Origin: the human T2T-CHM13v2.0 reference genome, Homo sapiens
Direction: 5' to 3' (one strand)
Assembly: GCF_009914755.1 (NCBI RefSeq)
Contig: NC_060931.1
Length of the DNA stretch: 64,000 nt
Part shown: positions 45,399 through 59,025 of the stretch, one piece after another
Position numbering within the stretch: position 1 is the stretch's first letter
How the letters are laid out: each line of letters starts with the position of its first letter
Notes under the pieces: generated by a model
The model's database searches: none
Told to the model about the DNA's origin: nothing
Seen by the model: the letters and a program-made list of their open reading frames with translations, nothing else
Translations under genes and position numbers: made by a program

Positions 45399-48188
45399 CA
45401 GTGGTCCCCAACCTTTTTGGCACTAGGGACCAGTTTCATGGAAGACAATTTTTGGTTCTGTGGACCAATGGGCATGGAGGGGGGAAGGTTTTGTGAGGAT
45501 TCAAGTGCATTAAATTTATTGTGCACTGTATTTCTATTATTATTACATTGTAATGTATAATGAAATAGTTATACAACTCACCATGATGTAGAATCAGTGG
45601 GAGCCTTGAACTTGTTTTCCTGCAACTAGATGGTCCAATCTGGTGGTCATGGGAAACAGTGACAGATCATCAAGCATTAGATTCTCATAAGGAGCATGCA
45701 ACCTAGATCTCTTGCATGTGCAGTTCACAATATGGTACACGCTTGATATGGTTTGGCTGTGTCCTCATCCAAATCTCATCTTGAATTCCCATGTGTCGTG
45801 GGAGGCGCCCAGAGGGAAGTAATTGAATCATGGGGGCAAGCCTTTCCTGTGCTATTCTCATGATAGTAAATAAATCTCATGAGATCCGATGGTTTTCAAA
45901 AGAGGAGTTCCCCTGCACAAGTTCTCTCTCTTTGCCAGCTGCCATCCAAGTAAGATGTGACTTGCTCCTCCTTGCCTTTCACCATGATTGTGAGGCCTCA
46001 CCAGCCTCCTGGAACTTTAAGTCCAATTAAACATCCTTCTTTTGTAAATTGCCCAGTCTCAGGAATACCTTTATCAGTAGCATGAAAATGGACTAAGACA
46101 TTAAATTGGTACCAGTAGAGTGGGGTGCTGCTGAAAAGATACACAAAAATGTGGAATCAACTTTGGAACTGGGTAACAGGCAGAGGTTGGAACAGTTTGG
46201 AGGGCTCAAAAGAAGACAGGAAAATGTGGGAAAGTTTGGGGCTTCCTAGAGACTTGTTAAACGACTTTGACAAAAATGCTGATAGTGATATGAACGATAA
46301 GGTCCAGGCTGAGGTGGTCTCAGATGGAGATGAGAAACTTGTTGGGAGCTGGAGCAAAAGTGACTCTTGTTATGTTGTAGCAAAGAGACGTGGCATTTTG
46401 TGCCTTCCCCAGAGATTTGCGGAACTTTGAATTTGAGAGAGATGATTTTGGGTATCTGGTGGAAGAAATTTCAAAGCAGCAAAGCATTCAAGAAGTGACT
46501 TGGGTGCTGTTAAAGGCATTCAGTTTTATAAGGGAAGCAGAGGATAAAAGGTCAGAAAATTTGCAACCTAACAATGTGATAGAAAAGAAAATCCCATTTT
46601 CTGAGAAGAAATTCAAGCAGGCTGCAGAAATTTGCATAAGTAATGAGGAGCCCAATGTTAATCCCAAAGCAAATGGGGAAAATGTCTCCAGGGCATATCA
46701 GAGGTCTTCATGGCAGCCCCTCCCATCACAGGCCTGCAGGCCAAAGAGGAAAAAGTGGTTTCGTGGGCTGGGCCCAGGGTCCCCATGCTGTATGCAGCCT
46801 GGGGACTTGGTGCCCTGCATCCCAGCCACTCCAGCCATGGCTGAAGCAAGCCAAAGTAGAGCTTGGGCCATGACTTCAGACGGTGCAAGCCTCAAGCTTT
46901 GAGAGCTTCCACTTGGAGTTAAGGCAGTACACAGAAGTCAAGAATTGGGGTTCAGGAACCTCCACCTGGATTTCAGAAGATGTATGGAAATGCCTGGATG
47001 TCCAGGCAGAAGTTTGCTGCAGGGGTGGTGCTCTCATGGAGAACCTCTGCTAGGGCAGTGTGGAAGGGAAATATGGGGTTGGAGCCCCCACACAGAGTCC
47101 CTACTGAGGCACCACCTAGTGGAGCTGTGAGAAGAGGACCACTGTCCTCCAGACCCCAGAATGGTAGATCCACCGACAGCTTGCACTGTGCACCTGGGAA
47201 AGCTGCAGACACTCAACTCCAGTCCATGAAAGCAGCTGGGAGGGAGGATGTACTCTGCAAAGCCACAGGGGCTGAGCTGTCCAAGACCATGGGAACCCAC
47301 CTCTTGCATCAGCATAACCTGAATGTGAGACATGGAGTCAAAGGAGATCATTTTGGAACTTTAAGATTTGACTACCCTGCTGGATTTTGGACTTGCATGC
47401 AGCCTGTAGCCCTTTTGTTTTGGCCAATTTCTCTCATTTGGAATGGCTGTGTTTACCTAATGCCTGTACCCACATTGTATCTAGGAAGTAACTAACCTGC
47501 TTTTGATTTTACATGCTCATAGTGGAAGAGGCTTTCCTTGTCTCAGATGAGACTTTGAACTGTGGACTTTTGAGTTAATGCTGGAATGAGTTAAGACTTT
47601 GGGGGACTGTTGGGAAGGCATGATTTTGAAATGTGAGGACATGAGATTTGGGAAGGCATGGTTTTGAAATGTAAGGACATGAGATTTGGGAGGGGCAAGG
47701 GGTGAAATAATATGGTTTGGCTGTGTCCCCACCCAAATCTCATCATGAATTCCCATGTGTTGTGGGAGGGACCCAGTGGGAGGTAATTGAATCATGGGGC
47801 AAGTCTTTCCCTTGCTGTTCTCATGATAGTGAATAGGTTTCATGAGATCCAATGGTTTTAAAAAGAGGAGTTCCCTTGCACAAGTTCTCTCTTTACCAGC
47901 TGCCATCCATGTAAGATGTGACTTGCTCCTCCTTGCTTTCCACCATGATTGTGAGGCTTCCCCAGCCATGTGGAATTTTAAGTCCAATTAAACCTCTTTA
48001 TTTTGTAAATTGACCAGTCTTGGGTTTGTCTTTATTAGCTGTGTGAAAAGGGACTAATACAATGCTTCTGTGAGAATCTGATGCAGCGGCTGATCTAACA
48101 GGAGGCAGAGCTCAGACAGTAATGTGAATGGTGGGGACTGGCTGTAAATACAGATGATACTTGGTGGCTCAGGGAGTTGGGACCCCTG
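45399..48188. mobile_element. MER1A hAT element split by THE1
   Basis: CAGTGGTCCCCAACC...GGGACCCCTG terminal inverted repeats; 8-bp TSD GTGTAGAA at 45391-45398 and 48189-48196. Confidence 0.88.
45744..48061 (+). mobile_element. Full-length THE1 (B/C-like) MaLR provirus: 5'LTR 45744-46100, internal 46101-47707, 3'LTR 47708-48061
   Basis: Two direct-repeat LTRs (T(G/A)ATATGGTTTGGCTGTGTCC...ACA), about 1.6 kb internal region, 5-bp TSD ACGCT/ATGCT. Confidence 0.93.
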
Positions 48189-50958
48189 GTGTAGAACACA
48201 CCCCAGAGTTATTCCAATTAAGGAGATAGAAACTGAGGTTATTTATTAACAAATTTCCAGTAGTACTTGTCGAAGAGTTCTCCTGGGTGAAATCTTTTAC
48301 TTGTTCCTCCTCATCCCCCAGTCACTGGGGACCTCTGGTCTTCCCCAAAGATGAAGGGTTCTACTGGGTTGGGAAGGGTTCAAAGCTGAGAGAAAGCTTC
48401 AAGCCAGAGTTGTTCATGCTTACTCTCAGCAGCCAAAGGGTCAGCATGCCCAGGAATGGTGATTGCTGAAAGGACATGCTGGGTTCTAATAGCATCTTCC
48501 ACATCTAGTGTACACACTTCAGAAAAAACTCTTAGAAGACACATTTATAACCATACTGAAATCATTCAATATTCACATAAAAGGTGTTGATGTTTATCAT
48601 GACTTTCTACATGTTAAGAGAGTACAGGCATGTATGGTTACAGTCTAGAATAAATTTTGAACTTAAAAATTAAAAACTTTAAGTTTATTTTCATTATTAA
48701 GTGATGAATGAAAATAGTGTTAGTAATCATATATTTGTGTAAAAATTATTATTTTTTAAATTTTATTTTTAACTTTAAAAACTCTTCCCACATAACAATC
48801 CCCTCACTAGTTTCCCCTACAATGTTGGTAGGTATGTTTATCAAATAAAGCACAGTCTATTCAGTTTCAAAAAAAATTTTTGTAATTGCTCATAAATGAT
48901 GCTGAATTATATCAAATAATATTTACCTTCAATTGAGTTGTCCATATGTTTTTTCTACTTTAATTTGTTAGTGTGGGAAATTGTATTCATAGATAGTCTA
49001 ATATGAATCACCAGTGTCTTCCTTCATCATGATGCATTTTTAAATTACATTGCTAGTTGCTATGTGCTAATATTTGTATTCAAATTTTGTAACTATGCTC
49101 ATAAGTGAGATTGACCTATGATATTCTTTTCTTGTTCTGTTATTCTGTTTCAACATTAAGGTTCTAGTCTCATAAAATTAGTTGGGGAGTTATCCCACTT
49201 TTATTATTCTCTGTAGTAGTTGCAGAAGATAGGAATTGTCTGTTCTTTGAGTATTTAAATAGACCACCTATGAGACCATTTAAACTGCTTTTTTTGTTTG
49301 GCTGAAGTATATACTTTACTAATTTAATTTTTTAATGATTATGGGTCTAATGTGGTGTTTTATTTCTCTTAGGGTCAATTTTTTATGGTATACTTTGCTC
49401 AGAAAGTCTATTGTGTCTAAATTTTCCAGTTTATTTGCTTAATGTTTTTCATACTATTATATCATTATTTGATGATATAATAATGTATCTGTGTATCTGT
49501 GATTATTTACCTTTTTAACATCCAATAATGCATGGTTTAATCTTCTTTTGTCTTCATTAATTTTCCCAGTTTTGATGATGATTTATTCTTTTAATGAACC
49601 AGTTGTTGGCTACATTATTCTTGGACCTTTATGATTGTTCTTAATTTCCTTTTGTTGTCATTATCTTTATTAAATTCACATTTTTGCTTTTATTTTTCAG
49701 ATGTTAATTTAACTACATCAACCTTTTGCGGTTAGTGTGTACCTGATTTATCCTTTCTTATTCTATAAAACAAAACAAAGCAAACAAACAACAAACAAAA
49801 ACCTTAGTCTTTATATTTTGGGATTTTTGTTCTTACAATATGTGAATTTCCTACAGAAATCTATTGATTTCTGTTTACCATGGATTTGTTTTTACTTTTT
49901 TTACCTTTCCAAAATTTATCCAGACTAACCAAGTCTTTACCTTTCCCATTGCCCCGTTAGTGGGTAGTATCATAGATTCTATTTTTAGTTTTTAGTGATT
50001 ACTCTTAAAATTTTTTTGTAGAGTTACCTTAGAGTCTAAACATTATTAATATATTTACTCTCATTCAAAAACATATAAGGACCTTAGAGCTTTAACTTAG
50101 ATCATTCCCTTGACTATTATGTCATTATTTATTGTTTAGTATTTAATTCTACCCTGCTTGATATTCCTATAATTAGTCATCCTTATTATGGCTGTTTTAT
50201 TCTATTGATGCTTATTTTACTCACAGATATACTAATTTATTTTCTAAACATTCTCCCTTGCATTTTAATATTTATTTTAGAAACTTTTATTTTTTCTTTC
50301 TAAAATACATACTTGAGTTTTTCCTTTATTAAAGGCATACAGTTGATAAATGTTTTGTTTTATTTTGTCTGAAAGTATCCTTATTTTGCCTTTATTCTAT
50401 AATAATGTTTTAGCTGAATATAGAGTTTTAACTTAAATTTTATGTTCTGATTGCTATTTTTGTGATCAATCTCCTACAATGGTAAGACATTAGAAATATT
50501 TCATTTCAAATCAGAGGGATACTTGCTGCACAACTTCTATTCAACATTTTTTATCTACTATCATAAGAACTAAAAGATTTAAGAATTGGGAAAAAAGGTG
50601 TCCCAACTTTATTACTCATAAATGATACAATTGCTTATATAGTACATCTAAGAATTTATAGAAGAAAATGCTAAAAAAAGTAAAAATGCAATAAACATGA
50701 TAGATATTAGATTAATGTGTGAGAGTAAATTACATCTCTATATCTAAGAAATAAAACATTTGACACATTTGCTGTTGTTGTTTTTACTCTCAAGTACTAA
50801 TAACTTTTATCACCCCAATAAAATGAGTTATCTTATTATATATCTGTTGGCAGTATGTCTTTGTCTTCCAAAACGACATTTTCAAACTGGATTTAGTGCT
50901 CCCAAATGGTACTGGGCCCTAAGCTCGGGAAACAAAAATTCTCACAGGACCTGCAGCA

Positions 50959-51010
50959 CAGGTGCAGCCTGAGACAGTGGAAATTCCCCGCCCCTCCCAC
51001 CGCCCTCTGA
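50959..51010. promoter_or_regulatory. Candidate enhancer core: NF-kB site, GC box and E-box
   Basis: GGAAATTCCC 50979-50988 overlapping CCCCGCCCC 50986-50994; CAGGTG 50959-50964; motif-only evidence. Confidence 0.4.
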
Positions 51011-51574
51011 CCCCAGCCAGAATCACAGTTTAATTTTCTCTCAGAGGGTTTGTCTCCAGGTCTTAGAGGAAAATTCATTGTCTGTCCATAATCAGCGTTG
51101 TCCTATCGAAAAGGATGCAGCACAAGGGTGTAATCATGTGGACTGCGTAACATCAGGACTTAATGGCCAGGTGACAGCCCGTGAAAGCTGATCCACACAT
51201 GATCTCCCCCAGTGAATACAATGGAAATAGCATTTGACACAGTTTTTAAGGAAATGTTCAATCATGGTTTGGTTGCAAACAAAAGAATCTACTTTAGCTG
51301 GCCTAGCCAAACTAAGATTTAATACAGAATATTTTGTGCTTGTAAACTCAGAAACAACACCTAGTCTATAGACTCACTCTGACTAGGAAAACTGTCACTG
51401 AAGTTAACAGGTAGTTATCATAGATTTTCTGGTTCCAAAACCAAGCCACCTATGACATGATCTGTCACCTGCAATATGTCTGCCAAAAGAATGGATGCCC
51501 AGCATTCTCCCTCTTCCCACTTAACTCTGTTTGGCATCAGCCTTTTGTGTGACTCTATCTGATTTGTGATAGAT

Positions 51575-52233
51575 ACAGTTGATCCTCATTATTTATAATT
51601 CTGTATTTGTGAATTCATCTACTTGCTAATATTTATTTGTAAACCCCAAGTCAATACTCAGAGTGCTTTTGTGGCCATTTGCAGACATGTGCAGAGAAGC
51701 AAAAAAAAATTGAGTTTATTCAATGCTTGCATTCCCAGCTGAAGTTGAACAAGAAGATGACCTGCCTTCTTGTTTCAGCTCTGATGCTGTAAATAAGTAT
51801 CCTTTTCGTGATCTATTTAGTGCCATGGTTTGTTTTCCATTTTTATAGATGATTTTGCTCATTAAAATGACCCCCACCCCCGACCATGCATGGTGCTGAA
51901 GTGCTGTCTAATGTTCCTAAGTGTGAGAAGGCTGTAATGTGCCTTCTGGAAAAAATACATGTTAGATAAGCTTTGTTCAAGAATGAGTTATAGTGCTGTA
52001 GGCCATGCATTCAATGTTAATGAGCCAAATATATATTAAATAAGATGTCTTTAAAGAGAAATACATATAAAACAAGGTTATGTATTGATCGATTGACAAA
52101 ATACTGTGACCACAGTCTCCAGGAACCTAATCCTGTATTTCCCCTAGGAGCAGTGGTTCAGTATTGGCTAAGGCAGTGTTGGTTTGTGGTGAGTTAATAG
52201 AACATAACTTTAAAAAATCATGAAAATTAACCG
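51575..52233. mobile_element. MER44 (Tigger7-derived) DNA transposon fossil
   Basis: CAGTTGATCCTCATTATTT...CATTCCCAGCTGAAGTTGAACAAG...CCTGTATTTCCCCTAGGAGCA. Confidence 0.75.
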
Positions 52234-52617
52234 TAAATCACATCTGGAATTTTAGCTTCAAGAGTTTCTAGGAAGATGAAGTTTTGAGACATCCAATCTT
52301 CACAAAAGAATGGCTGTTAAATGAACCAAGTCATGGATCCCATTTATAGTGACAACAAAAACTGCAGTGGTGGACAGACTCTATGTTGGCCCCTAAAACC
52401 CCCTGGTGTTCATGCCTTTATTTAATCTTCTACCCTTGAATGTGTGCAGGACTTCTGACTTGTTTCTAATCAATAAATATGGCAAAGGTGATGAATTATG
52501 TCATGCCACTTAAGCCTCTGTCTTGGTAGCAGACTTGGTCTAGAGACCCTTCTTGCTGATTTAATGCAGGAAGCAACTATGTTGGGAAAGCCCGCAGGCA
52601 AGGAACTGAGAATGATC

Positions 52618-52755
52618 TCTCTATATATATATATCTATATATCTATATATCTATATATCTATATATATATATACACATATATATATAGTCAGATATAACA
52701 GATATATCTATATCAGACTATATATATATATATAAAACAGATATATATATATCAG
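52618..52755. repeat. (TA)n-rich simple repeat
   Basis: Directly visible. Confidence 0.9.
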
Positions 52756-53263
52756 ACAAAGAAGTACAAGAGTCAGGAAATAATGCACTATTCAAAATAG
52801 AGTATTGGAATGATTTTTTATGAATATGGAAAAGGATAGGATTTCTACCTCATTCATATACAAAAATTCCAAACAAATCATAAATTTAAGTGTAAAATAA
52901 ACTTTAATATACTGCAAAATATAGTAATGACCTCAGGATAGAGATAATTTTCAAGAACAAAGCACAATAACCACACACTATAAAGGGAAGGATTGATAAG
53001 TATTTAAACTGCAGTAAAATTTTAAGCTTCTCAAAAGAAAAGAAATATCATAAGTAAAAGATAAGCTACAGACCAAAAGATTTTTATAATCCTATAATTA
53101 TGAAAAATGAAAATCTACATTATATAAAGAGTATCTGTAAAACAATAAGCAGAAGATAAGCAACCCAAAAGCAAAATGAGCAAAGACTATGAACCAGCAA
53201 TTCACAAAAGATGAAACCAAAACAGTCAACAATATGTAGTGGTAGATTAAAATATTGGTGACA

Positions 53264-53600
<337 letters not shown>

Positions 53601-54655
53601 TCATGTCTTTGCCATAGACTCATAGTGGTGGGGTATTTCCCCACTTTATGGATGTTGGACCCAGCTTGCCTTGTTTTGATCAGTGGCACCATAAGCAGAC
53701 ATGTTAAAAATAGGGATTTGAAATATTCTTGAATAACGGGGCTTGCGCTTTTGTTCTCTTGCCTTTGTTGTGAGAAGAGCATTGCTAGCCGGCCCACTGG
53801 CCCAAGGAATGTAAGAAACATATGGAACAGATGTGGATCCACAGATTTGCAGCTTGAAGAAGAGTCACACCAATTGGTTCCAGACCAATAAAAGTAAATG
53901 ATTGCCTCTAAGTTTTGGGGTAGCTGGTTGCCCAATATCATTGCAAAAATAGCTAACTGACATACATATAAAAAGATAATGAACTTTATTATTAAAGAGG
54001 GAAATACAGATGAAGGCGCGGCGATTAACCATTTCCTATCCATTCGATCGGCATTATATAACATTGCTGTACAACACTTTGGAGAGTAATTTGACAATAA
54101 TGTGTAATGTTAAAGTATTATAACTTCTAAGTACATAACCAGGAAATTCTTGCACTTGTGCACAGATAAAGACATACAAAGAATGTTTATTACACCCTTA
54201 TTTGTAATAACAATTTTTTAAAGAAATCTATCCATCAATAGGAAAATAAATACATTGTAATATGTTTACGATATGGAAAGCAGTAAAAATGAATAAACTA
54301 TAGCTATGCATTCTAACATTTTAAAAAATCTTGGAAAAAACATTGAGCAACAAAAGCAAGTTTCAGAAGAATACATACAGTATGACTCTACATATATACT
54401 GCCCTAAGTCATTCGGACATGACTGTATTTACAGATAGATACTGGTTTTGCATCTTCACATAACAGTAGCAAACTTGGAGGCAGTGTGAAGAGTGTTATC
54501 AGTAAAAATTATTCAAAGAACTTTATTAAATCTTTTATTTCTGAAAAAAAATAAGAGAGGCATGCATAATAAAATGGTAAGATTTGACAAAGCTGAGTGG
54601 TGGATACCACAGCTGTTAGTCATGTTATTCTTTGGACATCTCCCATATGCCTTAA

Positions 54656-54981
<326 letters not shown>

Positions 54982-55431
54982 TGCTTTATCATTTTAAAAA
55001 GAAAGCTTTGAATTATGAGGCAAAAACCCTGTTTGGATATCACCTCTGCCATTTACTGACTATGCAACCCTCACCAAACTCTAAGAGCTCTCTGCACCTT
55101 TGTTTTCTCATTTGTAAAATAAATATGTGGAACTGAGACCTTTAAATTCCCTTGCACCATTAAAATTTCAGATTCTATTAATTTTTTAAAACTTAAATTA
55201 ATTGCTTATATGGATCCATTACTCCAGGCAGAATTCAGAATACCCACTTGGACAGGCAAAGCCATCAATAGAGTCCTCTAACCTCAGATGGTTAGCTCAG
55301 CTCAAGGAATACAAACTAAATTGTGGGTAGAGCAGTGCCTCATTCCAACATCATGAAAGCTCCGAAAGTAATAGTGGTCTAAAAGGTTTTCATGACAATA
55401 AAATCATTTATATTTTCTGCCAAAGTTGAAG

Positions 55432-55433
<2 letters not shown>

Positions 55434-55483
<50 letters not shown>
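55434..55483. repeat. (CA)n(GA)n microsatellite
   Basis: Directly visible. Confidence 0.95.
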
Positions 55484-55484
<1 letters not shown>

Positions 55485-58400
55485 AAATGAATCGTTATCC
55501 TACGGAAAAAAAATAAGAGATCCATATCCTTATTAATGTTTTAAAGAAATCTGTATATATCCTTAACAGGATCCAACCCACAGCCCAATTACCTATTTTG
55601 CCTTGATACAATTGAAGGACAACCATGATAATTCGAAAAATGTGACAAGCAGGGATTGGCCATGTACAAAATTAAATTGGTATCATTTTTCTACTGTGTA
55701 CACAAAGAAAAGCCTTATTCTCAATAATAAGGACACATTAAACCTAAAGATTAAAATGAGTTTCTCTAATAGATTCATGAATTCAGCTGCAATAAAGTAG
55801 CATTCTTTTTTCCCTCTAGGTATATTCCCTGTTCTTAACTTCTTTGTTTCAAATTCTTAGGAGAAAATAGAGTCTTTGGCTATAGAATGTATTATGTCTG
55901 AATGTTTCCACATACAGTATATGACTAACAAAACTATTTATACTAAACTTTCTGGTTTTTCAGATCTTCCAACATATAGGACTCCTGTTCTAAAATGTGC
56001 TTTATGCTCCAATTTCCTGCAAATTTATCTATGAAGCCAGGGAAACTGAGTTACTTGGAATTAACTTTTGGTGGTTTCCAGGATACAGCCATCTGCAAGT
56101 ACTTATACATGGGTAGTTGATGAAAACAGCTAAGTATGTTGTAGCCATGTGATAAATTTTTTCATGGTTAAGACATTTTTTTCAAGGTGTCAGACTTAAA
56201 ATATCATTCAATGAGGGAATAATTTATCCTCATTTTGGTTCCATTGGCTGAAAATGTTGAGAGTTATCTGAAGAGTGTACTGTCCCTGTGCATGTTTAAG
56301 TCTTGTATGCTCTAAGAGAAGCATACATGATGCAAGTTGGAACTTTACTTATGAGAGGGAACACAACTGTGGAGAGGACCACTGTCTTCTCCCCTGCATG
56401 GTGGTGCCATCTTGTTCCACTAATCATTTACTTAGTGGGCAGTGAAAACACACAACATCACACAGCACCTCACAAGAGTGTGAGAAAAAAAAAACAAAAC
56501 AGGGGGAACATCTAATGTGCCTAAATTCTTCCAATTGCTAATAGCCATTTATAATTGTCTGCACAATATTCCACATGTTCAAAGCAAAGCAGTTATAGCA
56601 AAGGTGTTGGAAGCATGGGTTGTACAGTTGTTACCCTGCCTTAAATTATACCTTTACCACTTAGTAGTTCTGTGGTTGATCTTGTATAACTTACCTAACC
56701 TCTTTAAGCCATAGTATTCTCAGTAGTTTCCCAACCCTAAATTCTCACTGCACAATTGCTATTATAAATTTTTTCTACAGCTGATGATATAGTTTAAATA
56801 TGTTCGTATTTTGCTTTTATATTGACCTCTAAAATTGACCATACTTATTATAATACTTCTACTGATATTCCATAGATAATCTCTACTTTCTCTCCAAAAT
56901 TTTGACTCCTTCCCAGGACAAATTCATCACACCTCTCCTATGGAAAGGATCAAAAGGAAAATCTCTCACTGCTATATCACAGTTGGTAGCATTCTCAAAG
57001 AGAGAGTTTTAGGGAAGAGAAATGCCAAAGGTGGATCCAAGTCTTTTTTTCTGAAAGTGTAATGTAAACATTGCAAATTTTATATTGTCTTCCTATAATT
57101 TGTAGAAGAAACTTCTTGGGTGAGGGGAGCACAGAGAAAAATGAATGAATGAACACCTAAAATCTAGGTTATATAATTCAGGGAGAAGTACATACCTTAT
57201 ACTTCTTTTTATAGCTCTCTCTCCCATAGTGCCTACTATAATGCCTATCATTGCAAACATTTGTCAAAAGAACAATGACCAAATGAGGAAGAGCAGGAAC
57301 AGAGATGTGATGGTGTTGGAAGAAACAACTGTAGCAGAAGATAAGGAGACAAGGCAGTAATGGATTACAAAGGGCACATGTCCCATCACTGACTATAAAC
57401 CAAAGTAAACAGACTTTAACCTAATGAAGTTTCTTACACCCTTGGTTATGGCATGAGCAGGTGGTGATTTAGCTGTAGTTAGGAGGTAACCAAATGTATT
57501 CTTTGGATGTCCCTTTTCCTCTTCTACATTTAATTGGGTCCAACTCCTATATCTGCCCACCTGGATCTTACAGCTTGTTCAACATCTTGACCCATCAAAG
57601 CTTTTAGAAACTTCCCATCTTCTCTCATATCCCTCAGTGAGGTGGAGGATTGCAACCCTTCAAACCACAGCCAGAGAGGTAGGTGTCATCTCTGATTTAT
57701 AGGCTTGCTCTTCATAAAGGAATACTTTTGTTCCATATTTATCACAAAGACATTTTATCCTCTTCTAATATGTAACTACTCACTGAGCATCTGAAGAGGA
57801 CTAAAGAATAGATGAAGTTAATTGTTATGAAAGGTCAATAGATAAATTTTTTGTCCTGTGGCCAACCACTCTCTTAGCCTTTGAGCCTATACTTCCTCCA
57901 GTTATTATTATTCTATACTGAAGAAGGTAAGATACAGCTTGCCAAAGAAATTTTTACCGTATTTGTTGAGCATATAAGTAAGTAGCTCAGGAGATAGAGC
58001 AAAGGTAAAAATATAAATCAAGGATAAAATATATGAATATAAAATAGATAAATCTTGGAGATGATCACTGAAACTTTGGGAAGAGATAAGTATTAGTTTG
58101 GCTCATGCTTCAGCAAAAGGTTAGTATCAGGAATTGTGCTGGCCCACAGGGCTCGAGTGCACCAGTTGGTGGTTCACAGTTCAGGTCAGCGCAAATTCTA
58201 TCAAAGAAAAAAAATACACAGAACTTAACTGACCCCTGCCTTTGCACAGATCATTATGCACCGCTAAATATCTTCAACCAGATATACATCAGAAATGAAA
58301 GCCAGAGTGAATATTTCACCGACTTTTGGCTGAAAGGTGGTACTTCCATGGCCTCTGGGTCATTTTAGCTTGTTGGCTTAGCTTGTAGAGAGAGTTGTTA

Positions 58401-58710
58401 GCGCCACTCATGGGTGTACTAACTTGGGGTCTAACTTCCTGCCATTGGTACTGCAGTGAATAATTTTCATTCTGTCTGATTTACTCAGTAGATGGTTAAC
58501 ACAGTACCTTGTGTACAAAAGGTGCCAAATGAGTGATGAATCTGAGGAATTACTGGTCTTTAAATCATTTAATATTATATTTCAAGGGTAAATTTGAATA
58601 GAGAATAAAATAGTGGCTCAAGTTATCTTCATAGCTGTTTTCTCAAACACAATTTTAACCTAGATATAACAAACAACAGCAATAGAATGTGTTAGAAAGA
58701 GGACTTTTAT

Positions 58711-59025
<315 letters not shown>

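Noticed and set aside
45990-47972. PRDM9 hotspot motif CCTCCCTNNCCAC in THE1 LTRs
   Set aside because: The LTRs read CCTCACCAGCCTC and CTTCCCCAGCCAT; neither matches.
46125-47987. Cluster of 100-170 aa ORFs
   Set aside because: All lie within the THE1 internal region or LTR and are degenerate MaLR sequence.
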